Source: Mobula hypostoma (taxonomy: Eukaryota). Taken from it: a stretch of 64,000 nt of DNA. The stretch is taken from positions 8,060,001 through 8,124,000 of the forward strand of contig NC_086098.1 in NCBI RefSeq assembly GCF_963921235.1. Direction: 5' to 3'. This document shows positions 23,635 through 36,273 of this stretch, piece after piece. The notes beneath the pieces are model-generated. The model worked only from the letters and a program-made list of their open reading frames with translations, did not search any database and was not told the DNA's origin. The stretch's first letter is position 1. Every line of letters starts with the position of its first letter. Position numbers and translations under genes: made by a program.

Positions 23635-25192
23635 CACTGAACAACAAAGGTGTTCCTTCTTGAATACTGTTAGGTGTATTTGTGCAGCTATCATGAATAT
23701 CACCATGAGATTTCCTGATCACGCACTTTTGTTTCATATTGCCATTTCTTGTTATTTCTATTCAAAATTCAAGTAAAAATAACTGATGCCAAGATTAAGG
23801 AAGCCATTTTTGTTTGTCCACAAATCAAACAGGTTATCAATCACAGGCAATTTGAAAAACTTCTAGTGGGACCAGAGAAAATTGCATGGAACGCTTTCAA
23901 GGATGTTGTTGAAAATTTTTTTTTGGCAACTATAGAGCACCAAACCACATGCAGCAAACCACTGCCTTCCCATTTAGACTTCTTCCCTGCAAATATTGGT
24001 GCCGTCAGTGACAATCGCAGTGAAAGGTTTTACCAGGACATTGTGGCCATGGAAAAACGGTATCAGGGCAACTGGAATCCATCAATGCTGGCTGATTATT
24101 GTTGGACACTTAAGCTAAAAACCTCAGACACTGAGTACAAATGAAAATTGTCCACAAAACATTTTTAGCGTAGATGAACTATTACAAAGCATCAGCACCA
24201 TAATGCAATTAAATGCATTATATTCAATAGAATTGAAAATACACATGGACTAAGACGTTAACTGTCCTGTGCTATCAGCAGTGGAATCATCAGTTGATCT
24301 GCCACCTGTCTTCAGGAGTTTCGGCTCGCTTATGATCAAGACTCCCACGAGGTGGTGGGCCAGCAGTGCTAAAGCACCACCTCCCACTGGTGAGCTTAAA
24401 AACTTGGCATCTGCCTCTATCAGAGTTGTTGGTTGCCTCCATCCAACAGATAGTCTGCTCTTCAGGTGTCTATGCAACTACTGCAGGGTTTGCAAGATAT
24501 GTATACACTGTCTGGCTATCTGCCCCTCTGGACGTACTTGGTCCACACCCACGCTGATCCTTTCTCTGCTGCCTCAGCTACAGCCCTGCTGGTTGACTTG
24601 ATCTCTCTTCTAGTGAAGCCAAGGTCACGCAGCCACTTCTGGAAAGTGAACGCAATAAACCCACGGCAGCCTACTTCGAATGGATAGCATGAGACCTTCC
24701 ACCCTCTGTCTCTGCACTCTGATCTTAATTCTGCATACTTGGTTAACTTGCGCTCATGGGCTTCATCGATGTTGTCTTCCCAGGGGACTGTGAGTTCACC
24801 AATAACCACTTCTCTACTGGTGTCAGACCATACTATTATATCTGGACGCAATGTGGTGAAAGCTATTTCCTCCGGGAAACTGCCTTTCCTGTCCAGGTCA
24901 GCCTTGACACACCAATCATTGGCTGAAGAAAGTACGCTTGATCATGAGCCTGCACTGTACACCCTTGACTTGGAGCCTTCTTTCACAAATGATATGCGAT
25001 GTTCTGTGCAGCATGGGGCATGAGGTAAGTTGTGCTGCACAGAACAGCGCAAGTTAATTTCTTGTTTCTCCAAACTCCTCTGTGATACAAAGTCATCTGA
25101 AATTATATCCTGTTCAGCTTGAAGCAGTCTATCATAAACCAAAAAAAAAATTCTGAGGGAGCAACACTTTTGAAAAAGATTGTTGTTTAGTG
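23635..25192 (+). mobile_element. Internally deleted Chapaev3-type (CMC) DNA transposon
   Basis: TIRs CACTGAACAACAA / TTGTTGTTTAGTG (12/13 match); flanks CTA/TTA; transposase C-terminus KIKEAIFVCPQI...HLDFFPANIGAVSD...ERFYQDI...EKRYQGNWNPSMLADYCW at 23749-24144. Confidence 0.8.
24230..25051 (-). mobile_element. 5'-truncated HERO-like (R2-superfamily, restriction-like endonuclease) retroposon
   Basis: ORF 24516..24851(-) RPDIIVWS...ELTVPWEDNIDEAHERKLTKY...PFEVGCRGF is a PD-(D/E)xK-type RLE C-terminus. Confidence 0.85.
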
Positions 25193-25699
25193 TTATTAGG
25201 GTATTGTAACTGATTACTGTATGAAAATTTTACTTGCTTGGTCAGTACCACTGAGTCACTGCTGCAGGATGCTTTTGAAAGCAGTAAGATAATGAAGGGA
25301 GCAGGGCAGAAGAAACTGCCAAGCAGAAGAGCGGAAGTGCAGAGGAGGAGGTGCACACATTTTCAGAATGTCTAACCCATTACCCTACCAGCACCCCTTC
25401 CTCAATCCCTATCTCGCACTGACTCCACACACTACAGTCATCATCTGAGCTAGTGCCAGGACAGAGAGCACACCAGCTAATTCTGCAGTGCTTCAGGAAT
25501 GAAGGTTACAGCATGCTGTGGAAATGCCTGCAATGCCAAATGGGATGTGCTAAACAGCAAAATCTGAAGCGGGAGGCAATATATTCAAGATTCAAGATTC
25601 ACGATTGTTTATCATTATTCTTCAGTATGTGAATGTAAAGGAGAACAAAATAGTTGTTACTCCGGATCTGATGCAGGGTAAAAATCAGAGTAAGATACA

Positions 25700-25835
25700 G
25701 ACAAACAAGAGAAAATCTGCAGACGTTGGAAATCCAAGCAACACACACAAAATACTGGAGGAACTCAGCAGGCCAGGCAGCATCTATGGAAAAGAGTACA
25801 GTCAATGTTTTGGGCCAAGACCCTTCATCAGGACG
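25700..25835 (-). mobile_element. Penelope pLTR fragment
   Basis: Same pLTR motif as the other copies. Hammerhead GAAA box is mutated to AAAA. Confidence 0.75.
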
Positions 25836-26295
25836 CCCTAGTCGATGGTCCAGGAGCAGCTTGACGGGACTAGGCAGTTTAAATGGTTTGTCACAAACTA
25901 GATGGGCTGAAGGGCTGTAGTTTTCTTTGAATCTATGTGACAAATAATGCTAATAATTAATCTATAAATATCAGGAAATTAGCCAAAAATAAAGTGAAAC
26001 AAATTGTTAAACTGTTGTGATTTGTCTGAAAATTTTGCTATTATTGGTCACTAAAGCCAGCTGTTCAACGAAGCTCGGATCTGCTCAGATGATGGGTGTG
26101 GTGTGTGGAGACAGGGTGGGGAGGTAGGCAATGAGCCATAAGTTTTGTAAACGTGGGCACCTCCTTCCCTGCATATTCCCTCACCTGTTTGCCAATACAT
26201 TGCAAGGACTTCGAGGAACTAAGTCACACTTCTTTACAGTCTGCAAAGTAATGTGGATCAGTTGACATTGTCTTTATCACTGATAACTGTAAAAC

Positions 26296-26374
26296 AAGAG
26301 TTCCCAACCTGGGGTCCAGAGCCCCCTCGGTTAATGGTAGAGGTCCATGGCATAAAAAAAGTTAGGAACCCCAA
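26296..26374. mobile_element. Short hAT-like MITE
   Basis: Degenerate TIRs GTTCCCAACC / GTTAGGAACCCC. Confidence 0.45.
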
Positions 26375-26641
26375 CTATAGGGTATAGATCACACCCTTTA
26401 AAATTCAATTTCTGTTGCTAATTGTGGAAATGGGCTCTGTGTAACACATACCATGGCATTAGATGTTCATTCTAATACTGAGTTAATGTTAAATGCTTTA
26501 AGATGAAGAATGTCTCGACCAATTTTAGTTAACTCAGGACTGATTGCTCATATGGTCCAATAAATGCAAATTTGATTCAGTGCATGATTTTCACATTAAA
26601 AACATGCTTAAAGAGTTTAATTACTGGCCAAGTATTAATAC

Positions 26642-29335
26642 TTGGATGTATTAAAGGGATGGGAGCTCAACGTTCAGGGATATTCAATATTCAGGAGGGA
26701 TAGACACGAAGGAAGGGGAGGTGGGGTGGCGTTGCTGGTTAAAAAAGAGATTAACGCAATAGAAAGGAAGGACATAAGCCGGGAAGATGTGGAATCGATA
26801 TGGGTAGAGCTGCGTAACACTAAGGGGCAGAAGACGCTGCTGGGAGTTGTGTACAGGCCACCTAACAGTAGTAGTGAGGTCGGAGATGGTATTAAACAGG
26901 AAATTAGAAATGTGTGCAATAAAGGAACAGCAGTTATAATGGGTGACTTCAATCTACATGTAGACTGGGTGAACCAAATTGGTAAAGGTGCTGAGGAAGA
27001 GGATTTCTTGGAATGTATGCGGGATGGTTTTTTGAACCAACATGTCGAGGAACCGACTAGAGAGCAGGCTATTCTGGACTGGGTTTTGAGCAATGAGGAA
27101 GGGTTAATTAGCGATCTTGTCGTGAGAGGCCCCTTGGGTAAGAGTGACCATAATATGGTGGAATTCTTCATTAACATGGAGAGTGACGTAGTTAATTCAG
27201 AAACAAAGGTTCTGAACTTAAAGAGGGGTAACTTTGAAGGTATGAGACATGAATTAGCTAAGATAGACTGGCAAATGACACTTCAAGGATTGACGGTGGA
27301 TATGCAATGGCAGGCATTTAAAGGTTGCATGGATGAACTACAACAATTGTTCATCCCAGTTTGGCAAAAGAATAAATCAAGGAAGGTAGTGCACCCGTGG
27401 CTGACAAGAGAAATTAGGGATAGTATCAATTCCAAAGAAGTAGCATACAAATTAGCCAGAGAAAGTGGCTCACCTGAGGACTGGGAGAAATTCAGAGTTC
27501 AGCAGAGGAGGACAAAGGGCTTAATTAGGAAGGGGAAAAAAGATTATGAGAGAAAACTGGCAGAGAACATAAAAACGGACTGTAAAAGCTTTTATAGATA
27601 TGTAAAAAGGAAAAGACTGATAAAGACAAATGTAGGTCCCCTGCAAACAGAAACAGGTGAATTGATTATGGGGAGCAAGGACATGGCAGACCAATTGAAT
27701 AATTACTTTGGTTCTGTCTTCACTAAGGAGGACATAAATAATCTTCCAGAAATAGTAAGGGACAGAGGGTCCAGTGAGATGGAGGAACTGAGCGAAATAC
27801 ATGTTAGTAGGGAAGTGGTGTTAGGTAAATTGAAGGGATTGAAGGCAGATAAATCCCCAGGGCCAGATGGTCTGCATCCCAGAGTGCTTAAGGAAGTGGC
27901 CCAAGAAATAGTGGATGCATTAGTGATAATTTTTCAAAACTCGTTAGATTCTGGACTAGTTCCTGAGGATTGGAGGGTGGCTAATGTAACCCCACTTTTT
28001 AAAAAAGGAGGGAGAGAGAAACCGGGGAATTATAGGCCGGTTAGCCTAACGTCGGTGGTGGGGAAACTGCTGGAGTCAGTTATCAAGGATGTGATAACAG
28101 CACATTTGGAAAGCGGTGAAATGATCGGACAAAGTCAGCATGGATTTGTGAAAGGAAAATCATGTCTGACGAATCTCATAGAATTTTTTGAGGATGTAAC
28201 TAGTAGAGTGGATAGGGGAGAACCAGTGGATGTGGTATATTTGGATTTTCAAAAGGCTTTTGACAAGGTCCCACACAGGAGATTAGTGTGCAAACTTAAA
28301 GCACATGGTATTGGGGGTAAGGTATTGGTGTGGGTGGAGAATTGGTTAGCAGACAGGAAGCAAAGAGTGGGAATAAACGGGACCTTTTCAGAATGGCAGG
28401 CGGTGACTAGTGGGGTACCGCAAGGCTCAGTGCTGGGACCCCAGTTGTTTACAATATATATTAATGACTTGGATGAGGGAATTAAATGCAGCATCTCCAA
28501 GTTTGCGGATGACACGAAGCTGGGTGGCAGTGTTAGCAGTGAGGAGGATGCTAAGAGGATGCAGGGTGACTTGGATAGGTTGGGTGAGTGGGCAAACTCA
28601 TGGCAGATGCAATTTAATGTGGATAAATGTGAAGTTATCCACTTTGGTGGCAAAAATAGGAAAACAGATTATTATCTGAATGGTGGCCGATTAGGAAAAG
28701 GGGAGGTGCAACGAGACCTGGGTGTCATTATACACCAGTCATTGAAAGTGGGCATGCAGGTACAGCAGGCGGTGAAAAAGGCGAACGGTATGCTGGCATT
28801 TATAGCGAGAGGATTCGAGTACAGGAGCAGGGAGGTACTACTGCAGTTGTACAAGGCCTTGGTGAGACCACACCTGGAGTATTGTGTGCAGTTTTGGTCC
28901 CCTAATCTGAGGAAAGACATCCTTGCCATAGAGGGAGTACAAAGAAGGTTCACCAGATTGATTCCTGGGATGGCAGGTCTTTCATATGAAGAAAGACTGG
29001 ATGAACTGGGCTTGTACTCGTTGGAATTTAGAAGATTGAGGGGGGATCTGATTGAAACGTATAAGATCCTAAAGGGATTGGACAGGCTAGATGCGGGAAG
29101 ATTGTTCCCGATGTTGGGGAGGTCTAGAACGAGGGGTCACAGTTTGAGGATAGAGGGGAAGCCTTTTAGGACCGAGGTTAGGAAAAACTTCTTCACACAG
29201 AGAGTGGTGAATCTGTGGAATTCTCTGCCACAGCAAACTGTTGAGGCCAGTTCATTAGCTATGTTTAAAAGGAAGTTAGATATGGCCCTTGTGGCTACAG
29301 GGGTCACGGGGTATGGAGGGAAGGCTGGGTTCTGA
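26642..29335 (+). CDS. CR1 ORF2: partial APE endonuclease plus reverse transcriptase, no native start
   Basis: 897 open codons with [44 protein letters not shown] and FADD. The listed start is a TTG in flanking DNA. Confidence 0.85.
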   Translation: MDVLKGWELNVQGYSIFRRDRHEGRGGGVALLVKKEINAIERKDISREDVESIWVELRNTKGQKTLLGVVYRPPNSSSEVGDGIKQEIRNVCNKGTAVIMGDFNLHVDWVNQIGKGAEEEDFLECMRDGFLNQHVEEPTREQAILDWVLSNEEGLISDLVVRGPLGKSDHNMVEFFINMESDVVNSETKVLNLKRGNFEGMRHELAKIDWQMTLQGLTVDMQWQAFKGCMDELQQLFIPVWQKNKSRKVVHPWLTREIRDSINSKEVAYKLARESGSPEDWEKFRVQQRRTKGLIRKGKKDYERKLAENIKTDCKSFYRYVKRKRLIKTNVGPLQTETGELIMGSKDMADQLNNYFGSVFTKEDINNLPEIVRDRGSSEMEELSEIHVSREVVLGKLKGLKADKSPGPDGLHPRVLKEVAQEIVDALVIIFQNSLDSGLVPEDWRVANVTPLFKKGGREKPGNYRPVSLTSVVGKLLESVIKDVITAHLESGEMIGQSQHGFVKGKSCLTNLIEFFEDVTSRVDRGEPVDVVYLDFQKAFDKVPHRRLVCKLKAHGIGGKVLVWVENWLADRKQRVGINGTFSEWQAVTSGVPQGSVLGPQLFTIYINDLDEGIKCSISKFADDTKLGGSVSSEEDAKRMQGDLDRLGEWANSWQMQFNVDKCEVIHFGGKNRKTDYYLNGGRLGKGEVQRDLGVIIHQSLKVGMQVQQAVKKANGMLAFIARGFEYRSREVLLQLYKALVRPHLEYCVQFWSPNLRKDILAIEGVQRRFTRLIPGMAGLSYEERLDELGLYSLEFRRLRGDLIETYKILKGLDRLDAGRLFPMLGRSRTRGHSLRIEGKPFRTEVRKNFFTQRVVNLWNSLPQQTVEASSLAMFKRKLDMALVATGVTGYGGKAGF

Positions 29336-29434
29336 GTTGGATGATCAGCCATGATCATAATAAATGGCGGTGCAGGCTCGAAGGGCCGAATGGCCTACTC
29401 CTGCACCTATTTTCTATGTTTCTATGTTTCTATA
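26655..29434 (+). mobile_element. Young CR1-clade LINE, 5'-truncated within the endonuclease
   Basis: Open ORF2 to 29335, short 3' UTR and (TTTCTATG)n tail. No TSD seen. Confidence 0.96.
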
Positions 29435-29539
29435 CCTTCCATGACAGTTGCACAGACAGATCTGTAAGGATACATCATTACCGAGAATATACTGTACAAT
29501 GCAATATCATTTACTATTTTAACTGGGAAACTTCACTTC

Positions 29540-30190
29540 CGTCGGTGGTAAGAAAGGCGAGCGCAATGTTAGCATTCATTTCAAGAGGACAAGAATATAA
29601 GAGCAGGGATGTGAGGCTGAAATTTTATAAGGCATTGGTCAGACCACACTGGGGTATTGCGAGCACTTTTGGGCCCCTTATCTAAGAAAAGACGTGCTGG
29701 TATTGGTGAGGGTCCGGAGGAGGCTCATAAAATGATTCTGGCAATGAAAGGGTTAATATAGGAGGCGCGTTTGATGGCTCTGGACTTGTACTCGTTGGAG
29801 TTTAGAAGCATGGGGAGGGGGAGGATCTCATTGAAACCTATCGAATATTGAAAAGTCTTGACAGAGTGGATGTGGAAGGGATAGTGAGTGAGTCTAGGAC
29901 CAGAGGGCAGAGCCTCAGAATAGAGGGACGTCCATTTAGAACAGAGGTGGAGAAGAATTTATTTTGCCAGAGGCTAGCGAAACCGTGGAATTCCTTCAAA
30001 ACGGACGGCTGTGGAAGTCAAGTCTTTATATTTAAAGCGGAGGTTGACGGGTTCTTGATCAGTCAGGACATCAACGGTTACCGGGAGAAGGCAGGAGACT
30101 GGGTTGAGAGGGATGGTAACTCAACCACGAGGAATGGCAGAGCAGATGCAAGGGGCCAAAAGGCCAAATTCTGCTCCACGGTCTTATGGA
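29540..30190 (+). mobile_element. Degraded CR1 3' fragment
   Basis: KASAMLAFISRG...YKALVRPH remnant. Confidence 0.8.
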
Positions 30191-30899
30191 AATAGTGGAA
30201 GTTTTTTCTGAAAAATGTTGATTGATTACTTCAGTCATGTTAATGGATTTAGAACAAATGATTGAGTCAATACTGGTTTGGAAGTAATGAATATATACTT
30301 TAACTCCCAAGGTCATTTTGTGCAACTAGGCATAGATTAAATTTGCAGATAAGCATTTCAGAGCACTTAGCAGAGGAAGTGAGTACAGATAGAAATATTT
30401 TTAATCACACACTCAAATGCTGCCCTGAAGGCAAAGGAAGCAGTTTACCACAGGAATCGCTGGTGAGAGTACTCCAGATCCTCAATCTTGAGATGGAATG
30501 TTGAAATTAAAGTTCAGTTTTGAAGAGATATTCACTAATCAGTTAGTTTAGCCACATTAGAGGATTATTTGTCAAAACAACAGTAATTTGCTATCTCGTT
30601 CCAGTCCTCTGAACATTCTTAGTCAGTTTAGTAATCTCTGTGGTGATATAGAAACATAGAACAATAGCAACAGAGATGGCCATTCAGCCCTTCATGCCTG
30701 CTGTCCCTGCTCTTCCAATCATCCATTCAAAAGTAACAACAGCTTCTTTCCTCTGCCAACAGATTTCTCTACAGTCCATGAGTCGACGCAGTTGTGGTTC
30801 GGACTCTGTTGTTCACATTATGTGTTTCTAGTTTTTGATCGCTCCTAATACTTGTTACTATTTTGTGCAATTTTGATCGGGGCGGTGGCGGGTTTCAAC

Positions 30900-31585
30900 T
30901 GGAACATAGGAATCTACAGCACATGACAGGCCCCTCATCCCACAATGTTGTGCCAACCATGTAACCTACTCAAGAAACTGTCTAGAATTTCCCTACTGCA
31001 CAGCCCTCTATTTTTCTAAGCTCTATGTACCTACTGCATCTTTTTAAGGCATCCGTTAGTCTTGCAAGACCATGGATCTGCGCCTGGAAAATCTTCACTC
31101 TCCAGGGTGCAGGCCTGGGCAAGGTTGTGTGGAAGACCAGCAGTTGCCCATGCTGCAAGTCTCCCCTCTCCACCACACTGATGTTGTCCAAGGGAAGGGC
31201 ATTAGGACCCATACAGCTTGGTACCAGTGTCGTCACAGAGCAATGTGTGATTAAGTGCCTTGCTCAAGGAAACAACACGTTGCCTCGGCTGGGGCTCGAA
31301 CTCATGACCTTCAGGTCGCTAGTCCAATGCCTTAACCACTTGGCCATGTGCCACACTACTGTATCTAAGAGTCTCTTAAAAGACCTTGTTCTATCCGCTT
31401 TCACCACCACCAGCGCTGGCAGTGCATTCCACACACCCACCACTCCCTGTGTGAAAAACCTACCCCTGACATCCCCTCGATACCTATTTCCAAGCACATT
31501 AAAACTACGCCCCCTCGTGTCAGCGATTTCAGCCCTGGGAAAAAGCCTCTGGCTATCCACACAATCAATGCCCCTCATCATCCTA
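30900..31585 (-). mobile_element. CR1 3' fragment with nested tRNA/CORE-like SINE (~31040-31355)
   Basis: MMRGIDCVDSQRLFPRAE remnant; the insert matches 6917-7198. Confidence 0.8.
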
Positions 31586-32848
31586 TATACTGAACTGAAC
31601 TGAAATGAATATGCCTGGACTCTTTCAATTTTGCGTTTTTATATTCTGTGTTTTGCTCCTTTTTTCCCATCTGTGTGATTTGTATTTTTTGTGTGTGTGT
31701 GTGTGTTGCAAGAGAGAGGGTTTGATGTTTTTCTTTGAATATGGTTCCATGGTGAATCTTTGTTTCATGGTTGTCTGAGAAGAAGATGAATCTCTGGGTT
31801 GTATACTGCATACATACTTTGAATCTTTGAATCATGGATCCATGAACACTACCTTTTTACATTATTTATTTATGTTGTAACTTGTACAGTGGAGAGCATT
31901 ACGGCTGTTATGGAGGCTCCAAGGTGCCTGGTTGAAAGAGGCTGCAGAGAGCTGCTTCACCATCACAACCCTGTCCCTCACTGAGGAAATCTTCAAGATG
32001 CATTACCTCAAAAAGTCACTATCCATCATAAAGGATCCTCACCACTTGGGGTATTCTCTCTTTTCTTTAAAACCATTGGAGAGGAGGTACACGAGCCTAA
32101 AGATACAAATTCAAAGATTTAGAGGCGGCTTCTTCTCCTCTGCCATAAGGTTTTTGAAAGGTCCATGAGCTCATGAATACTAGCTTGCCATTCCTCTTTT
32201 TTGCACTGATTGTTTTTTTCGTAACTTTCAGTAATTTTTATATCTTGCACTGCACTGCTGCCATAAAACAACAAGTATCACCGATGATATAGCTGAACTG
32301 ACCGTCCAAATGCTGTACCCTGATCCAGCTTTCTCCCAATATTTCTTTCTGTTTCACTCGAACAGCAATATCTATCTTCTTGAATATATTTAAGGATTTG
32401 GCATTAATTGCTTTCAGTGATCACCCTTCAACCTTGCCTTTTGATTCCACACTATGATCACATTTCACAGTATCATTTCTCTGCTTTTAATTTTGCCTTT
32501 TCATTTTCTACCTCTTTGTTTCAATACTTGCTTTTTTCTCCTCAGCTTCCCTGCTCAAATTTTCCTACATGCCATCTGAGCTGAAAGATTACCAGAAAAG
32601 TGCCAGTAACTGTCAAAGCATTCAGATATGGCCTAAGAGGGGAGAGGGGGAAACTCTGAAGAAGGTCAACAGTTCACAGACTTTAACAAGAACTGTTGCA
32701 GAATCTAAAGGGACGGGAAAACAATAAACACTGGGCTATACAGGGCCATTAACTTAAATTCTCAACTGAAAGTTAAATTCCAACATTGTGGCTGGAAGCA
32801 ATATCTAATTACTAAATAAACACCATTTGTTTCCTTCATCAGTCAAAG

Positions 32849-33045
32849 TGGTAGTCCTCTTTGCTGGACAAGGACGAGGGTAAGCAGGAAGCATAATGTT
32901 GCTCTGTTCTTGCTCAAGTTTTGACAAGGCTACAGTGAAAAGAAGGGAATTTAGTACTGCTATAAGGAAACAGTAATTAGCTGGAACATGCATGCCCACG
33001 AGTACAATTGCCAAATCTGCTGCGCAGTCTGTGGTTGTGGCAGTT
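32849..33045. repeat. Unclassified old dispersed repeat (other copies ~59317-59495 and 63083-63320)
   Basis: Shared collinear motifs GTAGT..TCTTT, GGTAAGCAGGAAGCATA (two of three copies), TCAAGT..CAAG and GTCTGTG(G/A)TTGTG. Confidence 0.6.
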
Positions 33046-33261
33046 ACATCGTGAAGGACACTGCCCATGGGCTGCTTGTCCCACTCCCATCAGGGAAGAG
33101 GCTATATAGCATCCACACCAGGACTATCAGACTCAAAAACTTTACTTTCTTCAAGTAGTAAGGCTGACCAAACCTCCACACCCCCAACCACCACTACTTT
33201 ATCATTTCCTGTCAGTTACCTTATGTACAGACTCTCCTGTGCCCGATGGCACTTTATGACC

Positions 33262-34352
33262 AAACATCATAGGAGTAGAATTAGGCTATTTGGCTCATTG
33301 AGTCTGCACCACCATTCAGTCCTGGCCAATCATTTTTTCCCTTCATAGCCCCACTCCCCAGCCTTTTCCCCATAACCTTTGATGCCATGTCCAATCAAGA
33401 ACCTATCAAGCTTTTCCTTAAATATACTCAATGAACTGGCCTTCACAGCTGCCTGTGGTAATAAAATCCACAAATTCACAACCCTCTGGCTAAAAAAAAT
33501 TCTTCGCAACTCTGTTTTAAATGGATGCTCTTTTATCCTGAGGCTGTGTCCCTTTGTCCTAGACTCCTCCATCATGGGAAACATCCTTTCCACATCTACT
33601 CTGTCTGGGCCTTTCAACATTTAAAAGGTTTCAATGAGATCCCCCGTCATCTTTCTAAATTCCAATGAATACAGACCAAGAGCTATCAAATTTTCTTCGT
33701 ATGATAATCCTTCCATTCCCAGAATTTTCCTTATGAACCTCCTCTGAAGTTTCTCGAATGCCAGCACATCTTTTCTTGGATGAGGAGACCAGAATTGTTC
33801 ATAATACTCAAGGTGAGGGGTCAGCAGTGTCTTATAAAGCCTCAGCATCTCATCCCTGCGTTTGTGTTCCAAACCTCTTGAAATGAATGCTAACATGGCA
33901 TTTGCCTTCCTCACCACTGAATCTATCTGCCGGTTAACCTTTAAGGTGTTCTGCACAAGGACTCCCAAGTCCCTAAGCATCTCAGGTTTTTTGATTTTCC
34001 CCCTGTTTAGAAAATAGCCAAAACATTTATTTCTACTAACAATACATTTTCCAACATTGTATTTCATTTGCCACTTTTTTGCCCATTCTTCTCATCTGTC
34101 TAAGTCCTTCTGCAGATTACCTGTTTCTTCAACACTACCTGCCCCTCCACCAATCTTCTTATCATCTGCAAACTTGGCAAAAAAACCATCTATTCCATTG
34201 CCTAAATCATTGATGTACAGCATAAAAAGAAGTGATCCCAACACCGACCCCTGCGGAACACCACTAGTCACTGGCAGCCAACCAGAAAAGGATCCTTTTA
34301 TTCATATCTGCTGCCTCCTACCAATCAGCCAATGCTCTAACCATGTTAGTAA
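33262..34352 (-). mobile_element. Degraded CR1 3' fragment
   Basis: ORFs 33330..33620(-) and 33621..34067(-) carry CR1 RT C-terminal motifs. Confidence 0.85.
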
Positions 34353-34805
34353 CTATGCCAGTAAGAGTGATTATGGGCATGTAATCAATATATATAAGCT
34401 ATCTTATGTATTTATATTTATAGTATTTTCATTATTATGTTCTTTATCTGATTGGTTGTTTTTGTTGCAAATCAGATCAATTATTTCATCCTCCTATAAA
34501 CTTGTGTACCAGAAACGGCATTAAACAATCTTGAATAATGAATCAGTGTAAATGCACCAAAGAAGAGTTTATTTATTCAGAGTCACAGCAAGGTAGCAGG
34601 CCCTCCTGGGCAGTTATTACCATTCAACAATTAGGCTCCTCATCCGGCGCGGAGAATTTTACTCGCCTCTACTTTGAACTGATTCCACAACCTATGGACA
34701 CATTCTCAAGGACTCTAAAATGCATGATCTTGGTACTAGCTCTCTCTTTATCTCTCTCTCTATCTTTCTATCTATTTATCTATCTATACATCTAATTATC
34801 TATTT

Positions 34806-35798
34806 TGTCACAAGGGGGGCATTCATGGCAGACCCAAATGCAAGACACAGACACTGAAGTACTAGGAACAGGACTAGGTTTGACAAGAAAACAAGGGAAG
34901 TGGGGAAGAAGGGACACTGGACATTGACACAGGCCCTGGACAAGACTAGGATGCAGGGCCTGGGCTAGGACATGGACAAGAAACAAGGAACCTGGACAAG
35001 GAACCAGGAACAAAGAGCCTGGACCAGTGACACGGAACTCTGGAACCAAACCCTGGACAGGGACTCAGAACCTGGGTCTTGATTTGGAACCGGACCCCAA
35101 GTCTAGGCTAGGACTCGGGACTAGGATCTAGGCAAGGACAGGACATGGCTACAGGACGAGGAGTGGTAACAGGACTGGACATAGAATTCCTGCACAGGAC
35201 AAGGCACGTGGACAGGACGAGAACACGAAGCCTTGACTTGGTCTTGGCAGAACAGGAACATGGAACACAGAGCCATGGTCTTGGGAGAGACAGGAGCACA
35301 GAGTTGGGACCCCTCCTTGGGAACAGGACTTGGGGCCAGGGCTCTACATAGAGTCAGGACCCCTCGTAGGGAGCAGTACGTAGGACCGGGATTCATACAC
35401 AGAACACTGAGAGACCGTTTTCCACTCTAGGTAGCGGCAAATAGCCAGACCTACCTAGCGAAGGCGAGGAAAGAGACAGTTCCAAACAACGAAAGACAGT
35501 TCCTTATCTAGACACAGCAAGGCCCTGATCTCGCCCTGGCAGTTGAACCTGACGGTATTACAGGCGAGGACACAGGTGAAGGTAGCAGGCAAGGCTTCAG
35601 AAGGAAGAGGAAGGGGAAGGGAACAGTCCAGCCACTGAAGCTGAACCCAGGAGCTGTTTATGTAGTCAGCCCAAAATGGGAATCATGTGCCTCAATTAAG
35701 GCACATAACAGGACAAGGGAAAACTGGAAAACCTGGAATAAAGGTTGATGGACCAGACTGTGAACCGGAATACAGGCTTCACGGACTGGACCATGACA
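34806..35798. mobile_element. Solo LTR (993 bp) with 5-bp TSD and internal short-period repeats
   Basis: TGTCA...TGACA termini; TATTT at 34801-34805 and 35799-35803. Confidence 0.85.
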
Positions 35799-35834
35799 TA
35801 TTTATTTTGTTTGTTTGTTAGTTTATTTATTTAA

Positions 35835-36190
35835 GATATGAGAGGCATTGATCGTGTGGATCACCAGAGGTTTTTCCCAGGGCTGAAATGGCTAACATGA
35901 GGGGGCATAGTTTTAAGGTGCTTGGAAGTTGGTAGAGAGGGGACGTCAGGGGTAAGTTTTTCCACTCAGAGAGTGGTGAGTGCGTGGAATGCATTGCAAG
36001 TGAAGATGGTAGAGGCAGGTACAATAGGTTCTTTTAAGAGATTCTTAGATAGGTACATGGAGCTTAAAAAGATAGAACGCTATGCAGTAGGGAAATTCCA
36101 GGCAGTTTCTAGAGTAGGTTACATGGTCAGCACAACTTTGTGGGCCGAAGCATCTGTAATGTGCTGTAGATCTCTATGTTCTATGTTCTA
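35835..36190 (+). mobile_element. CR1 3' tail
   Basis: Same family as 10700-11068. Confidence 0.8.
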
Positions 36191-36273
36191 TTTGCCTTCT
36201 TTTGCACATTGGTTGTTAGTCAATTTGTGTGTAGATTTTTATTGATTCCACTGTACTTTTTTGTTCAACTGTG

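Noticed and set aside
26674..28953. Long antisense ORFs inside CR1 (and similar ones inside the Gypsy)
   Set aside because: Shadow frames of TE coding sequence.
34860..35400. Short-period repeats suggestive of a CRISPR or other array
   Set aside because: Irregular degenerate repeats inside a solo LTR, no repeat-spacer periodicity, eukaryotic context.
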